Origin: an uncultured Planctomycetaceae bacterium | GTDB lineage: Bacteria; Planctomycetota; Planctomycetia; Planctomycetales; Planctomycetaceae | Length of the DNA: 64,000 nucleotides | Direction of reading: 5' to 3' | Assembly (NCBI GenBank): GCA_963815195.1 | Contig: CAWFGE010000010.1 | Span: 96,001-160,000, forward strand | In this document: positions 40,486-51,422 of the stretch, in pieces | Layout of the letters: each line of letters opens with the position of its first letter | Position numbering within the stretch: the stretch's first letter is position 1 | Notes under the pieces: generated by a model | Told to the model about the DNA's origin: nothing | Seen by the model: the letters and a program-made list of their open reading frames with translations, nothing else | Database searches by the model: none | Made by a program: the position numbers and the translations under genes

Positions 40486-41820
40486 ATGTTTGAGCCGCTC
40501 TGTTTTCTGCACGTCGCCGATGCGGGTCTCGATCGACCGCTCCGCGATGTGGGCCCGGCGGGTTCCGCCGCCCGGCGGCTGGCGGACGATGCAACGCGGA
40601 TCGCATTCGCCCAAATGATCGACGGGGCGATTCACCGGCATGTCGATTTCGTGCTGTTGGCGGGTAACACCTTTTGGGAATCTGACCGCAGCCTCCGCGC
40701 GAGACTGGAGCTCGTCGCCGGGCTCGAACGATTGGAGGAGCACGGGATCTCCGTGTTCGTGCTCCCGGGGCGAAGCGATCCGATCTCGGCGTGGCGGGCG
40801 ATACCGAACCTGCCCAACAACGTCACGTTGCTCGCGGCCGAGGAATCCGACGAAGACGAACCGACAACTCCCGTGGCGATGCTCCGCGACGGCCGCGTGA
40901 TCGCCACGATCACCCCCGGCAGCCTCGCGCAATTGTCCGGCACATCGCAGCCCGCTCTGCCGGCCGACGAATCCCGGCCCCCTTCCGCCAACGGCCAGGC
41001 TCGCCCGACGCCTTTCCGCGTAGGTTTGTTGACCGACTGGCCCGCGGAACGAAGCGCTACTCCGCTGGCGGAGGAACTCTCGGATTGCGATTGCGATTAC
41101 CTGGCGGTCCCCGCCGCGGATCGGCAAGCGCGGCGGTCGGGATGGGTCTTTGAAGCCGGCGCAACCTTGGACACCCGCGCCGGCATCGCCCATCATCCGG
41201 GGCGGTTGCAAGCGATCTCGCCGAAAGAAACCGGCCCGCATGGAGCCACGCTGATCGAAGTCGACCAGGCCGGCAAGATTCGCGGCACGTTTTTGCCCTT
41301 TGCGAGCGTCCGGCGGTTGGAGTTTTGCCGGTCCATCGCTGCGGACGCCACGCCGGAGGAACTCGCCGCTGCGATGCAGGCGCAGCTCAATGCCGAAACC
41401 GCTCAAGCCGGCGAACAGGGCTGGTTTGTTACATGGATATTGAAGGGCACGGGAGCCTTTTTCGAGTCGCTTCAAGAACCGGACCGGCAAGCGGCGTTCT
41501 TGGAAGCCCTGCCGCAATCGCCGGCCGATCATCCTGACATTCAGGTCGAACATCGGCTGCGACTTGAACATTCTTTCGCGGGGCAAGAACACGCCTCTAG
41601 CGAACTCGAGCGCCTTTTTCAGGAAGCCTTGAAAAATACGTGGGCGGATGCTGCGGAGCCATCGCTCATGGAGGAAGTTTTCGCCGACCTCCGCGAGTTG
41701 GACAACCCCGAATGGAGAGCCCGGTTAATTTGTTTGGTCGATGACTTGGATCCTCAGGAAATTCTGACGTCGGCCCGCGAATTGGGACACGATTGGTTTG
41801 GCGAAGCGGCCGGCACATAG
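40486..41820 (+). CDS. YhaO/SbcD-like metallophosphoesterase with degenerate metal-binding motifs
   Basis: FLHVAD, VDFVLLAGN, VFVLPGRSDP, HPGRLQAISPKETGPHGATLIEV; lies upstream of a YhaN-like ATPase. Confidence 0.8.
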   Translation: MFEPLCFLHVADAGLDRPLRDVGPAGSAARRLADDATRIAFAQMIDGAIHRHVDFVLLAGNTFWESDRSLRARLELVAGLERLEEHGISVFVLPGRSDPISAWRAIPNLPNNVTLLAAEESDEDEPTTPVAMLRDGRVIATITPGSLAQLSGTSQPALPADESRPPSANGQARPTPFRVGLLTDWPAERSATPLAEELSDCDCDYLAVPAADRQARRSGWVFEAGATLDTRAGIAHHPGRLQAISPKETGPHGATLIEVDQAGKIRGTFLPFASVRRLEFCRSIAADATPEELAAAMQAQLNAETAQAGEQGWFVTWILKGTGAFFESLQEPDRQAAFLEALPQSPADHPDIQVEHRLRLEHSFAGQEHASSELERLFQEALKNTWADAAEPSLMEEVFADLRELDNPEWRARLICLVDDLDPQEILTSARELGHDWFGEAAGT

Positions 41821-41856
41821 TGGTTTCCCGCGTGTCAGTGCGACAAGGAGATCGTG

Positions 41857-42117
41857 ATGCGTGTCATTCAATCGAGCCTATTGATCTGCTGCCTGCTCAG
41901 CGGCTGTAGCAATCAAAAAACAGAGCCTTAACAACCCGACGAGGCGAACTTCCTGAAACCCCCGAGCATTTTAAATCTTCCAGATCTTGATGATTGGCCG
42001 AAAAGAGGCTGCATTTTTGGCCCCTATCTGGGCGACATCTCCGACAACGTGGACTATTGGCGCACTCGATATCGCCAAGCAACCGATGAGCACTTTCCTT
42101 TCAGTGGTCCTTTTTAG
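41857..42117 (+). pseudogene. Small lipoprotein gene with an in-frame TAA at 41929-41931
   Basis: AAGGAG RBS, MRVIQSSLLICCLLSGC lipobox; the frame stays open 61 more codons after the TAA, to TAG at 42115. Confidence 0.55.
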
Positions 42118-42195
42118 ACTGGGACGTTTTGAAATAAGCCACCACCCTTCCCGCGACGGCACATCCCGCACCGTGCCCGACGGAGGACCCAGAGC

Positions 42196-45100
42196 ATGAA
42201 GATCACCGACATTCAAATCGAACGCTACGGCGTCTGGAAGCATTTGGCCTTACCCTTGCGGAGTGAGGGTCTGAATGTGTTTTACGGGCCGAACGAAGCC
42301 GGCAAGACGACGCTCTTGCGGTTCATTCGCGATGTGCTTTACGGTCATAAGGCAGGCGACCGCGAAGGTCCGCGCGAGCACGCCGTCTTCGATTGGGACG
42401 GTTCGCTCGGGATCTCCGCGGGCGAGCGGTTTTGCAAAGTCCGCCGCTGGTGTAATCCGGAGGGATCGGGCGGGATCGAGTTTCAAGAAATCGATCCGCG
42501 TTTGGCGCGGAGCACCGAACCCGATTGGAGGCTGTCCGGCTCTTCGAGTCTCCATTCGTTATTTCGCGAAGGGCCGGCTGCGGAAGCGGCGCTCCACGCG
42601 ATCTTGCCGCCTGCTGATGCCCGGCTGTTTCGGCACGTGTTTGCGATCGGACTCCGGGAACTGCAAGTGCTCGCCACGCTGCACGATGAGGAAGTCGCCC
42701 GCGAAATCTACAGCTTGTCTCTGGGAGCGGAAGGCCGCAAGCTCCTCGAAGTCTGCGAACAACTCGATCACGCCGGCGGGTTCTCGCCAAAACAGATCGA
42801 ACAGATCGCGAATGGCATGAAGCGGGATGCGGAACTCCAGCGCGAGTTGGAATCCTTCACCGCTCGCCGCGAACGCCATCACGAGTTGTCGCAGCAAAAA
42901 CTTGAACTGGAAATTGCGCTCGAGGAACTTTGCATCCGGGAACGTCCATTAAAACAGCAACACAGCGGCCACGAAACGCTCAAACGCGTGTGGGAGCCTT
43001 GGTGCCAGGTCCGCGAATACGAAGCCCAGTTGAAGATCCTGCCCCCGGCGGCGCTGGTGGCGGGACTCGATCCCCGGCGGCTCGGCGAATTGGAAAACGA
43101 GATTCGCGAACTCCGCCGGCAGAAGAAAGGCCTCGTCGCGGAAATCCGCCAACTCCGCGAGCAACAAAACTCCGCGGGAAATTCGACCGACTCCCGCGAA
43201 CTCGCTGCCGAGATGCGCGGCTTTCTCCACCAGCGGGATTGGGCGGCGAAGATCGAACGCGAAGTGGAAACCGCCAACGCCCGCGACCGCGAGCTCAAAA
43301 CCGAATTTGAAGCCCGGCAGCAGGCGCTCGGTCCCGATTGGCCCGTGCATCGGCTCTCGGCGATCGACACCAGCCAGGCGGCTTACATCCGCCTCGTCGA
43401 TGCCGCCAAGACTTTTCAAATCGCCCAACGCCGGCAATCCTCGCTCCGCAAACGCTATGAAAAATTCGCCGACGCCTGCCATCAACGGCAAGCCGAATGG
43501 GAAGAGCAGATCGAGGACCTGCCGGAAGGTTCCCTCGAAGACGCCTTGGACAACACCCGGCAGCAACTCGCCGCCGCCGAGGAACTTGCCGGGCTGAAAC
43601 GCGAAGCCCGGGAACTCGAACGCCGCCTCGCCGATGAAACCCGCGAACTTGACCGGGCGGAAAACGAATCCCAGATGCCGCGGTGGGTGCCGGGCTTTCT
43701 GTTGTTTCTCGCCGGCAGCGGACTGGTTCTGTCCGCGCTCGGGTTTTACACCGGGCTGACGAGCAACGGCATCGCGGGGGCGATTCTGGGACTGGTCGGC
43801 ATCGCGGGCTTTGCCATCGCGCGGGCCTTCAAACTCCACGCCGAGGCCGGGGCGGAACAGGCGGATTCCGAAGAGCAAACCGCGGCCCGCGACAGAGAAG
43901 CCAGGCTCCATAAAATTCGCGATTCGATCGAGAGTCTCAGCCCGGAAGCTTGGGCCGCTTCCATCCGCGAAGACGAACGGACGGACGATTCGGCGGAGAC
44001 AATCATCGAGGGGAAACTGTCGGAACGGCTGACGGAACTCGGCCGGCTTCTAAATCGCCACCGGCGGCTGCGGGCCCGCAAACGCCGGCTCAGCCGGATG
44101 CGGAAGGCGATGCAAACCCGCCAACGCGAAACGTCCCACGCCCGGCAAACGTGGTGCCAGGTGCTGGGGCAATGCGGGCTCGACGAAACGGTGCAGACCG
44201 AGGAAGCCGTCGAACTCTGGCAAAAGATCGCCGAGGCCAAAGAGCAACTGCGGGCCTGGGATGCGGCCCGCGATGCCGCCGGCGACGCGATGGAGCGCTA
44301 CGAATCCTTCTGCCACCGCATGGCGGACCTGGGCCAGCGCACAGGCCATCAAAATTTGGATTACAACCAGCCGCTGGCCGTGCTCGACGTGTGGGAAGAG
44401 GCCGTGGAAACCTGCGGCGCGGACAACGAAGAACGCGCGACATTGAATCGCGAGAAACAAGGCCGCCGGCGGGAACTTCGCCGGCTCGAAAAACAAATCG
44501 TGAAGGCCCGTTTGGCGCGCGTGGCGTTGTTGGCGCGGGCGGGAGCCAGGAACCGCAAGGAATTTGAACAGCAGCTCGAAGCCGCCGGCCGCCGGCAGGA
44601 ATTGGAAGAGCTTTTGGAACTCGCGCGGGAGGAACTGGCCGCCGTCAGCCAGGCGGATCCCGCACTCGCGATTGTCGAGGAGGACCTCATCGGATTCGAT
44701 GCCGAGCAGAACCAGGAAGCCGTCGACCTCATCCACATGGAACTCGACGATCTGGAAACCGAACGGGCGGAAACATCGCATCGGCTGGAATCGATCGTGG
44801 AGGAACTCGCGGCGCTCGAATCCGACCGGAGGCCCGCCGCGCTTCGAGCTGAGCGCGAAGACATCGCCGAAGAGCTTCGGCAGTGTCTCGTGCAGCATGC
44901 CGCGATGAAACTCGCAAGCCAAACCGCCCGAGCCATTCGCGGCGAGTTCGAACGCACCTGCCAACCGGAACTTCTCAACGTCGCCTCCGGTTATCTGGCC
45001 CAACTCACCTGCGGCAGGTATGGGAGAGTTTGGACGAAGTTGGGCCAGCAGCGATTGCTGGTGACGAAGGACGACCGGCAGCCATTATCCGTGGAAGAAC

Positions 45101-45393
45101 TCAGCACGGGCACGCGGGAGCAACTCTTTTTAGCCCTGCGTCTGGGGCTGGTCCACGAGTTTGCCCAGCGGGGAATCCGCCTGCCGATGGTGCTCGATGA
45201 TGTTTTGGTCAACTTCGATCAGCACCGCACCGAAGCCGCAGTGGAGACGTTGATCGAGTTTGCCGAGCGCGGCCATCAGGTGCTCTTATTGACCAGTCAT
45301 CTGCACGTGGCCCGTTTCGCGGAAAGCCGGGGCATCGACCCCGTCTGGCTCCCCAATTACCACGCCCCTCTGGAACACCGCCGGGCGGGGTAG
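42196..45393 (+). CDS. YhaN-like (AAA_27) SMC-type ATPase with a central transmembrane hairpin
   Basis: FYGPNEAGKTT, long coiled coil, two hydrophobic helices, LSTGTREQLFLALRL, LDDVLVNFD, QVLLLTSH. Confidence 0.9.
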   Translation: MKITDIQIERYGVWKHLALPLRSEGLNVFYGPNEAGKTTLLRFIRDVLYGHKAGDREGPREHAVFDWDGSLGISAGERFCKVRRWCNPEGSGGIEFQEIDPRLARSTEPDWRLSGSSSLHSLFREGPAAEAALHAILPPADARLFRHVFAIGLRELQVLATLHDEEVAREIYSLSLGAEGRKLLEVCEQLDHAGGFSPKQIEQIANGMKRDAELQRELESFTARRERHHELSQQKLELEIALEELCIRERPLKQQHSGHETLKRVWEPWCQVREYEAQLKILPPAALVAGLDPRRLGELENEIRELRRQKKGLVAEIRQLREQQNSAGNSTDSRELAAEMRGFLHQRDWAAKIEREVETANARDRELKTEFEARQQALGPDWPVHRLSAIDTSQAAYIRLVDAAKTFQIAQRRQSSLRKRYEKFADACHQRQAEWEEQIEDLPEGSLEDALDNTRQQLAAAEELAGLKREARELERRLADETRELDRAENESQMPRWVPGFLLFLAGSGLVLSALGFYTGLTSNGIAGAILGLVGIAGFAIARAFKLHAEAGAEQADSEEQTAARDREARLHKIRDSIESLSPEAWAASIREDERTDDSAETIIEGKLSERLTELGRLLNRHRRLRARKRRLSRMRKAMQTRQRETSHARQTWCQVLGQCGLDETVQTEEAVELWQKIAEAKEQLRAWDAARDAAGDAMERYESFCHRMADLGQRTGHQNLDYNQPLAVLDVWEEAVETCGADNEERATLNREKQGRRRELRRLEKQIVKARLARVALLARAGARNRKEFEQQLEAAGRRQELEELLELAREELAAVSQADPALAIVEEDLIGFDAEQNQEAVDLIHMELDDLETERAETSHRLESIVEELAALESDRRPAALRAEREDIAEELRQCLVQHAAMKLASQTARAIRGEFERTCQPELLNVASGYLAQLTCGRYGRVWTKLGQQRLLVTKDDRQPLSVEELSTGTREQLFLALRLGLVHEFAQRGIRLPMVLDDVLVNFDQHRTEAAVETLIEFAERGHQVLLLTSHLHVARFAESRGIDPVWLPNYHAPLEHRRAG

Positions 45394-45410
45394 CGCCCCG
45401 TGGAATCCCG

Positions 45411-46283
45411 TCAATTCTCGTCAAAGGCTCCGCCGACGATTTCCCAAACCGCATCGGCAAATTGTTGCTGGCCCGATTGCGAGAGATGAATCGAATCGAG
45501 CGTGGACTGATCCTGGGCGAGGATCCGCATGAATATCCGCTTGGGAATCAATTTGACGTTGTATTCGCGGGCTAACTCCCGCTGAATTCGCCCGTAGGAA
45601 TTGAAAAACGGCGGCAGGGGCAATTCCATCATCACGATCTGCCCGCGATGGGACGACAGGGCTTCAAAGAGTTCTTTCAAGTCCTCGCGAAACTTTTCCG
45701 GCGATGTCGAACCCAAGACATCATTCCCGCCGATCTCCAAAAACACCAGCCCCTCGGGAATGTCCTGTTGCCGAACTTGCTGCACCGCGGTGGAAACGGT
45801 CGCTCCAATTTTTGCGTAATCCTGAATGGTGATCGATCGGGTTCGCTCGAGAATCTGCGGCCAGGTTTCGACGGCGTCATCCCCGAGCCCCGCCGTGACG
45901 GAATCGCCGAAAACGATGACCGTTTTGGACGGTTCTGTTTCGATTGCCGGCAAAAGATGATGGGGAATTTCCAAAATCACGCCGAACAAAACGGCGGCAG
46001 GCAAGGCAATCCGGACGGCGAGGTTCCAATTCGGATACTTCAGTTGCCAACGTGTTGAACCCAGCCAGACGATCGTGACCAGCCCTGCAGGGATGTAATA
46101 CCAAAGTGAAAGCGGTGTGGAGGAAACGGCAATAAAGATCACGCCCACAATGCAAAGAAGAGAGGCCAACCGCCTGACCCACGACCGCCGGCTGAAAACG
46201 AAAACCGAGGCCGCCAGCAACATCGCCGATCCGCTGAAGAAGGCCTGCCCGCTCGCGATGTGATAGATCAGCCAATTCATCAT
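45411..46283 (-). CDS. Membrane-anchored SGNH/GDSL hydrolase
   Basis: N-terminal TM helices; FGDSVTAG, LEIGGND, DSIH. Confidence 0.88.
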   Translation of the reverse strand: MMNWLIYHIASGQAFFSGSAMLLAASVFVFSRRSWVRRLASLLCIVGVIFIAVSSTPLSLWYYIPAGLVTIVWLGSTRWQLKYPNWNLAVRIALPAAVLFGVILEIPHHLLPAIETEPSKTVIVFGDSVTAGLGDDAVETWPQILERTRSITIQDYAKIGATVSTAVQQVRQQDIPEGLVFLEIGGNDVLGSTSPEKFREDLKELFEALSSHRGQIVMMELPLPPFFNSYGRIQRELAREYNVKLIPKRIFMRILAQDQSTLDSIHLSQSGQQQFADAVWEIVGGAFDEN

Positions 46284-46312
46284 GCGTCCGGATTCAGTTC
46301 GTGGCGATTGAT

Positions 46313-47764
46313 CTAAGCGATGATGTCCTCGACGACCTTGCCGTGCACGTCGGTCAGGCGGAATTGCCGGCCTTGGTAGCGGAACGTCAGGCGTTCGTGA
46401 TTGAGGCCCATCAGGTGCAAAATCGTGGCATTAAAATCGTGGACGTGGACCGGGTTTTCTGCGATGGAATAGCCCAAATCGTCGGTGGCTCCGTAGGAAT
46501 AGCCGCCCTTTACGCCGCCGCCCGCCATCCACACGGTGAAGGCGTCTTTGTGATGATCCCGGCCGGCGGAGGTCATTTTGCCTTGGCCGTTTTTGCCCTG
46601 GGCCATCGGGGTGCGGCCGAACTCCGCCGACCAGACCACGAGCGTGTCTTTGAGCAGCCCCCGCTCTTTCAAATCCTTGATGAGAGCCGCGATCGGTTGA
46701 TCGACCTGCTTGCACTTCTTGGGCAGGCTGCCGAACACGTTGCCGTGCATGTCCCAACCCTGGTCGAACAACTGCACGAACCGCACGCCGCGCTCGACCA
46801 TCCGCCGGGCCAAAAGACAATTGTTGGCGAAGCTCGTTTTGCCGGGCTGGGTGCCGTACATCTTGTGAATGTGCTCGGGCTCGTCGTCGATTTTCATCAA
46901 TTCCGGCACCGAGGTTTGCATGCGGTAGGCCATTTCGTACTGGCTGATTCGCGTGGCGATTTCGGGATCGCCCACGTCCGCGAGGGCCACGGAATTGAGC
47001 TTGTTGACCGAATCCACAATGCGCCGCCGGGACGCTTCATCGACGCCTTTGGGGTTCGAGAGAAACAGCACGGGATCGCCTTGGCTGCGAAATTCGATGC
47101 CCTGGTAAACCGTCGGCAGGAACCCGCTGCCCCATGCCGAGTTGCCCGCCCCCAACACCTGGCCGGTGATCAGGACGACAAAGCCCGGCAGGTTTTGGTT
47201 CTCGCTGCCTAAGCCGTAGTTCAGCCAGGACCCGATGCTCGGCCGCCCGAACCGCCCGAAGCCGGTGAGCATGAAGAGCTGCGCCGGGCCGTGGTTGAAC
47301 TCGTCGGTGTGCAGCGACTTGATGAGGCAGATGTCGTCGGCGACTTTTTGCAATTGGGGCATCAAGTTCGAGACCATCGTCCCCGACTCGCCGCATGGGG
47401 CGAACTGGAATTCCGGTTTGTCCGGCGTGCCGAGCATCGTGGGCCGCGAGCGGATGAACGCGAACTTCTTGCCCTCGAAGAGTTCCTCCGGGCAAAGCTC
47501 GCCGTTGTGCTCTTGGAGCTTGGGTTTGAAGTCGTAAAGATCCAGATGCGACGGCGCGCCGACCAGGTGGATATAGATGATGTTCTTCGCCCGCGGCGGG
47601 AAATGCGGCTTCCGCGGCGCCAAGGGGTTCTCCGATTTGGGATCGGCAAACACGCGGTCCTCGTTGAGCAGCGACGCCAGCGCATAACCGCCGACGCCCA
47701 GGCCGACGGTTTGAAACAATTGCCGACGGGATTGGTTGAGAGAGACAGAGTTGTCGCGGGTCAT
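46313..47764 (-). CDS. DUF1501 family protein
   Basis: SRRQLF leader, [47 protein letters not shown]. Confidence 0.93.
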   Translation of the reverse strand: MTRDNSVSLNQSRRQLFQTVGLGVGGYALASLLNEDRVFADPKSENPLAPRKPHFPPRAKNIIYIHLVGAPSHLDLYDFKPKLQEHNGELCPEELFEGKKFAFIRSRPTMLGTPDKPEFQFAPCGESGTMVSNLMPQLQKVADDICLIKSLHTDEFNHGPAQLFMLTGFGRFGRPSIGSWLNYGLGSENQNLPGFVVLITGQVLGAGNSAWGSGFLPTVYQGIEFRSQGDPVLFLSNPKGVDEASRRRIVDSVNKLNSVALADVGDPEIATRISQYEMAYRMQTSVPELMKIDDEPEHIHKMYGTQPGKTSFANNCLLARRMVERGVRFVQLFDQGWDMHGNVFGSLPKKCKQVDQPIAALIKDLKERGLLKDTLVVWSAEFGRTPMAQGKNGQGKMTSAGRDHHKDAFTVWMAGGGVKGGYSYGATDDLGYSIAENPVHVHDFNATILHLMGLNHERLTFRYQGRQFRLTDVHGKVVEDIIA

Positions 47765-48099
47765 GTTTTTATTTCCTGTGAGCTGACGTGGTTCATCAGG
47801 CCGACTTGCTTTGCACCATTGGGGCAGGTTGTCTTACATCCTCAAACTGAAAGCGTTTGGGTGGCTGGGGCGCAAATCGCCCTTTGAATAGGGCTTGAAT
47901 CGCGAATGCTGGGGCTGTTACCGGGAGAGAAAAACCTGACACGGCCCCAGGCCTCAAATCGCCTTTTTCCTCGGAAGATTCCTTTGCGCCCCAGCCACCC
48001 CTCCGCGGAAGAATCAGCCAGCGAGCCAGGTTGATCGGGGTGGGACATCGTAAAGGTTCCTGAAGGAACGACAGGTGCCAAGTCGTTCGGGCGACTGTT

Positions 48100-51000
48100 T
48101 TAAAGCGATACGGTTTCGTCCAAATTCAATAACACGTTCGCGACGGCGAACCAGCTCGCAACTTCGACCGCGTCGAGTTTGGCTTCCTGCAATCGCGGCA
48201 GCAGGTTGCCGAGCCGGGCCTCGGCGAGTTTGGGGTTCTCTTTGAGCTTCGCGCGTTCCGATTCGTAAAGCTCTTTGAGGATTCCAAGTTCCTCCGGCTT
48301 GGGTTTCCGCGCGACGCATAACCGGAAGCCATATTCCAGGCGGGATTCCAAGCTGGAATCTTTGGATTGCGTCAACATGCGCTGGGCGAGAGCCAACGCC
48401 ATCTCGGCATACGCCGGGTCGTTCAACAAGGTCAGGGCTTGGAGCGGTGTGTTGGTCCGCGGACGCTGCACGGTGCACGCGGCCCGGTCGGGGGCGTCGA
48501 AGTTCACAAAGCTCGGATAAGGGGCCCCGCGCTTCCAGACAATATACACGCCCCGGCGGAAGCGGTTTTCGTCCGTCGCGGTTTTCCAGGTGGGCTGGTT
48601 CCGGCCCACGGCCCGCCAGATGCCGTCCGGCTGATAAGGCATGATCGGCGGCCCGTGCATCTTCGGGGAAAGCAGTCCCGCAATCGCCAGGGAGTTGTCG
48701 CGAATGGTCTCCGCGGAGAGCCGAAATCTCGGCCCCCGCGCGAGCAGCCGATTTTGCGGATCGCGTTGTTCCAATTCGCTCGTGACTTTGGCCGACTGCC
48801 GGAATGTCCTCGACATCACGATTTGCTTGTGAATGTGCTTCATCGACCAGCCGGATTCGACAAACTCCACCGCGAGCCAATCCAAGAGCTGTGGGTGCGT
48901 CGGGAACTCGGATTGCGTCCCAAAGTCCTCCTCGGTGCTCACAATCCCCTGCCCGAACAGCTCGGCCCACCAGCGATTGACCGTCACGCGGGCCGTGAGC
49001 GGATTCGCCGGATCGACCAGCCAGCGGGCCAGCCCCAAGCGGTTCTTGGGAAGTTGGGGATCGAACGGATTCAAAGACGCCGGCGTCCCCGGTTCGACTT
49101 CTTCGCCGGGATCGAGATAATTCCCGCGATGAAAAACGTGCGTCTCCCGCGTCGCGTCCATCTCGACCATCACCAGCGTTTCGTCGGGCTTCACCTGCTC
49201 CAACTGTTTCTTGATCTGAGCAATGCGGTCTTCGAGCTTTTTGAGTTCGGGGTTCGATTCCGCGAAAAAGTTTTCCAAGCGGGTTTGCTCTTTGCGATTC
49301 CGCTTGGGCTTCTGGAGCAGCTTGACGACATCTTCCGGCAACTCGGCGGTGAGTTCATCGCCGGTGAGGAGCGAAAGCCGCACCCGGCCGATCGTCCGGC
49401 CCCGGCCGTAGTTTTGATCCAGCGTGATCTCGAGCGTCTCATCTTGGGAAATCTCCACCGGCTGCCGGGTGCGGAAGGTCGCCCAATGCGGCTTGTGGAA
49501 CTCCGGCCCAATCGCCCAGCCGGTTTTGCGGTCGCCGTCGATGGCTTTGGCGACGTGCCATTTCTGCTGCGAAAAATCGGCCTGGGCCGAGGCGAGCGGG
49601 ATGCCTTTCGCGCCTTCCGATCCTCGCCCAACCTCCGCCGTGAATTCGCTCAAGATAAAATTCGCGCGCTCGGCGTCGCCCCGCCCGGGACCTTTGCCGG
49701 GAAGCGATTCGTCCGTCAGTGTTTCGAGCTTGAAGCCAATCACATCCTTAAGCGGACCGGGAATGCGAATCTGGTAACTCGTGGTGCTCGGCAGCGAGCC
49801 GCCGATGAGCACCGAACCGTCTTCGAGCAGCGAAAACTCCTCACCGCCCGTGGTGGAAAACTGCTTGAGCGGCGCGACCGTCCACTCGGCGGGATGCGCT
49901 TTGAGGGCGGAAAGCGTTTTCTGCTCCCACTCGGCAAACTTCGCCGCCTGCCCTGTTTGGGCCTCGGACAACTTGCCTTCCCAGGCGGCCAGTTCGGTTT
50001 CGAGCGCTTGCCGCTTTTCCAATTTGCCGGGCGGAAGCGGCAAGGGCATGGTCGGGCCGACGAAATCAAACTGCACGCCGGAATCCTGCTTCACCTCCAA
50101 GGGCGTGTTGTTGAAATACGCAAACAGCCGGTAATAATCCTTCTGCGTGAAGGGATCGTATTTGTGGTCGTGGCATTGGCAGCATTCGATCGTCGTGCCC
50201 AGAAACACCGTGCCCGTCGTATTCACCCGGTCGAGCACCTGGTTGACGCGGTTGGCTTCCGGATGCACGCCCGCTTCCACGTTGCACGTCGGCGTGCGGT
50301 GAAAGCCCGTGGCGATTTTTTGATCGAGCGTCGCATTCGGCAGCAAATCGCCCGCAAGCTGCTCGATCGCAAATTGGTCGAACGGCTGATTTTTATTGAA
50401 TGCATCGATCACCCAATCCCGGTAGGCCCAACTGTCCCGCAACTGGTCGGCTTGAAATCCGTTGGAATCCGCATACCGGGCCAGATCGAGCCAATGCTGC
50501 GCCCAGTGTTCGCCGTAGCGCTTGGACGCGAGCAGGCGGTCCACGAGTTTTTCATAAGCGTCGGGCGAATCGTCCTTGACGAAGGCGTCCACTTCCGCGG
50601 GCGTCGGCGGCAAGCCGATGAGGGCCAGCGAAACCCGCCGAATCTGCCGGGCGCGATCGGCCGGCGACGAAGGTGACGATCCTTCTCGCTCCAGCCGCGC
50701 CAGCACGAAATAATCGATGGCGTTTTGCGGCCAGGCTTTGTTTTGCACCTGCGGGAGTTCCGGCCGCTTTGGTTTGATGTAAGCCCAATGCCGGTCCTCC
50801 GCCACCGCGTCCGGCCACTGGGCCCCGGCTTCGATCCAGCGCCGAATGACGCCGACCTCTGCCGCGGACAACGGCTCCGAATCCAAAGGCATCACATCGC
50901 CATACGCTTCGTCCGTGAGCCGTTTGAGCAGCAAGCTCTTGTCAGGTTGACCGGGCGTGACGATGGGCTCATCCGAATCGCCCGGGCCCAGCGCTTCCTT

Positions 51001-51201
51001 GCGGTGCGACAACCGAAAACCGCCCTCGGCTTTCGCTTGCCCGTGGCAGCGGTAGCAATGCCGGCGAAACAGCGGCTGCACATCCCTTTGAAAATCGACC
51101 TTCGGGATGGATGCGGCCGGGGATTCCGCAAGAAGTCCAACGGGAACCGTCGTGCCGAGAAATGTGCAGCACAGCCAAAAAAATTGCGTGAACCGCCACA
51201 T
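48100..51201 (-). CDS. Planctomycete cytochrome c / DUF1549 / DUF1553 protein with a discoidin-like central domain
   Basis: CYRCHG, NAIDYFV, WLDLARYADSNG, CCQCHDHKYDP, AIDGDRKTGWAI, PTHPQLLDWLA, TNTPLQAL. Confidence 0.95.
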   Translation of the reverse strand: MWRFTQFFWLCCTFLGTTVPVGLLAESPAASIPKVDFQRDVQPLFRRHCYRCHGQAKAEGGFRLSHRKEALGPGDSDEPIVTPGQPDKSLLLKRLTDEAYGDVMPLDSEPLSAAEVGVIRRWIEAGAQWPDAVAEDRHWAYIKPKRPELPQVQNKAWPQNAIDYFVLARLEREGSSPSSPADRARQIRRVSLALIGLPPTPAEVDAFVKDDSPDAYEKLVDRLLASKRYGEHWAQHWLDLARYADSNGFQADQLRDSWAYRDWVIDAFNKNQPFDQFAIEQLAGDLLPNATLDQKIATGFHRTPTCNVEAGVHPEANRVNQVLDRVNTTGTVFLGTTIECCQCHDHKYDPFTQKDYYRLFAYFNNTPLEVKQDSGVQFDFVGPTMPLPLPPGKLEKRQALETELAAWEGKLSEAQTGQAAKFAEWEQKTLSALKAHPAEWTVAPLKQFSTTGGEEFSLLEDGSVLIGGSLPSTTSYQIRIPGPLKDVIGFKLETLTDESLPGKGPGRGDAERANFILSEFTAEVGRGSEGAKGIPLASAQADFSQQKWHVAKAIDGDRKTGWAIGPEFHKPHWATFRTRQPVEISQDETLEITLDQNYGRGRTIGRVRLSLLTGDELTAELPEDVVKLLQKPKRNRKEQTRLENFFAESNPELKKLEDRIAQIKKQLEQVKPDETLVMVEMDATRETHVFHRGNYLDPGEEVEPGTPASLNPFDPQLPKNRLGLARWLVDPANPLTARVTVNRWWAELFGQGIVSTEEDFGTQSEFPTHPQLLDWLAVEFVESGWSMKHIHKQIVMSRTFRQSAKVTSELEQRDPQNRLLARGPRFRLSAETIRDNSLAIAGLLSPKMHGPPIMPYQPDGIWRAVGRNQPTWKTATDENRFRRGVYIVWKRGAPYPSFVNFDAPDRAACTVQRPRTNTPLQALTLLNDPAYAEMALALAQRMLTQSKDSSLESRLEYGFRLCVARKPKPEELGILKELYESERAKLKENPKLAEARLGNLLPRLQEAKLDAVEVASWFAVANVLLNLDETVSL

Positions 51202-51422
51202 CAGACAAAATCCTCGTTCATGTTCGCGGATTGGCTCAAATTGCCGCGGTTTACCAGTTTGGAGGATAACCGCGCGGAGGCAAAGCCTAAGTTTTCACGA
51301 TTTCAGAATACCATAGCCACGCCGCCGGGAACAATCGCACGGCTGAATCGCCCGCATCGGCATGATATGATGGCCGCCACCTTGCCCTCGGTTTTTTCCT
51401 CGCGACGATCCAGGACGATCTC

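Noticed and set aside
47765..48099. Gene or ncRNA between the second DUF1553 and DUF1501 genes
   Set aside because: Only weak palindromes such as GTTCCTGAAGGAAC; no credible ORF, promoter or terminator.
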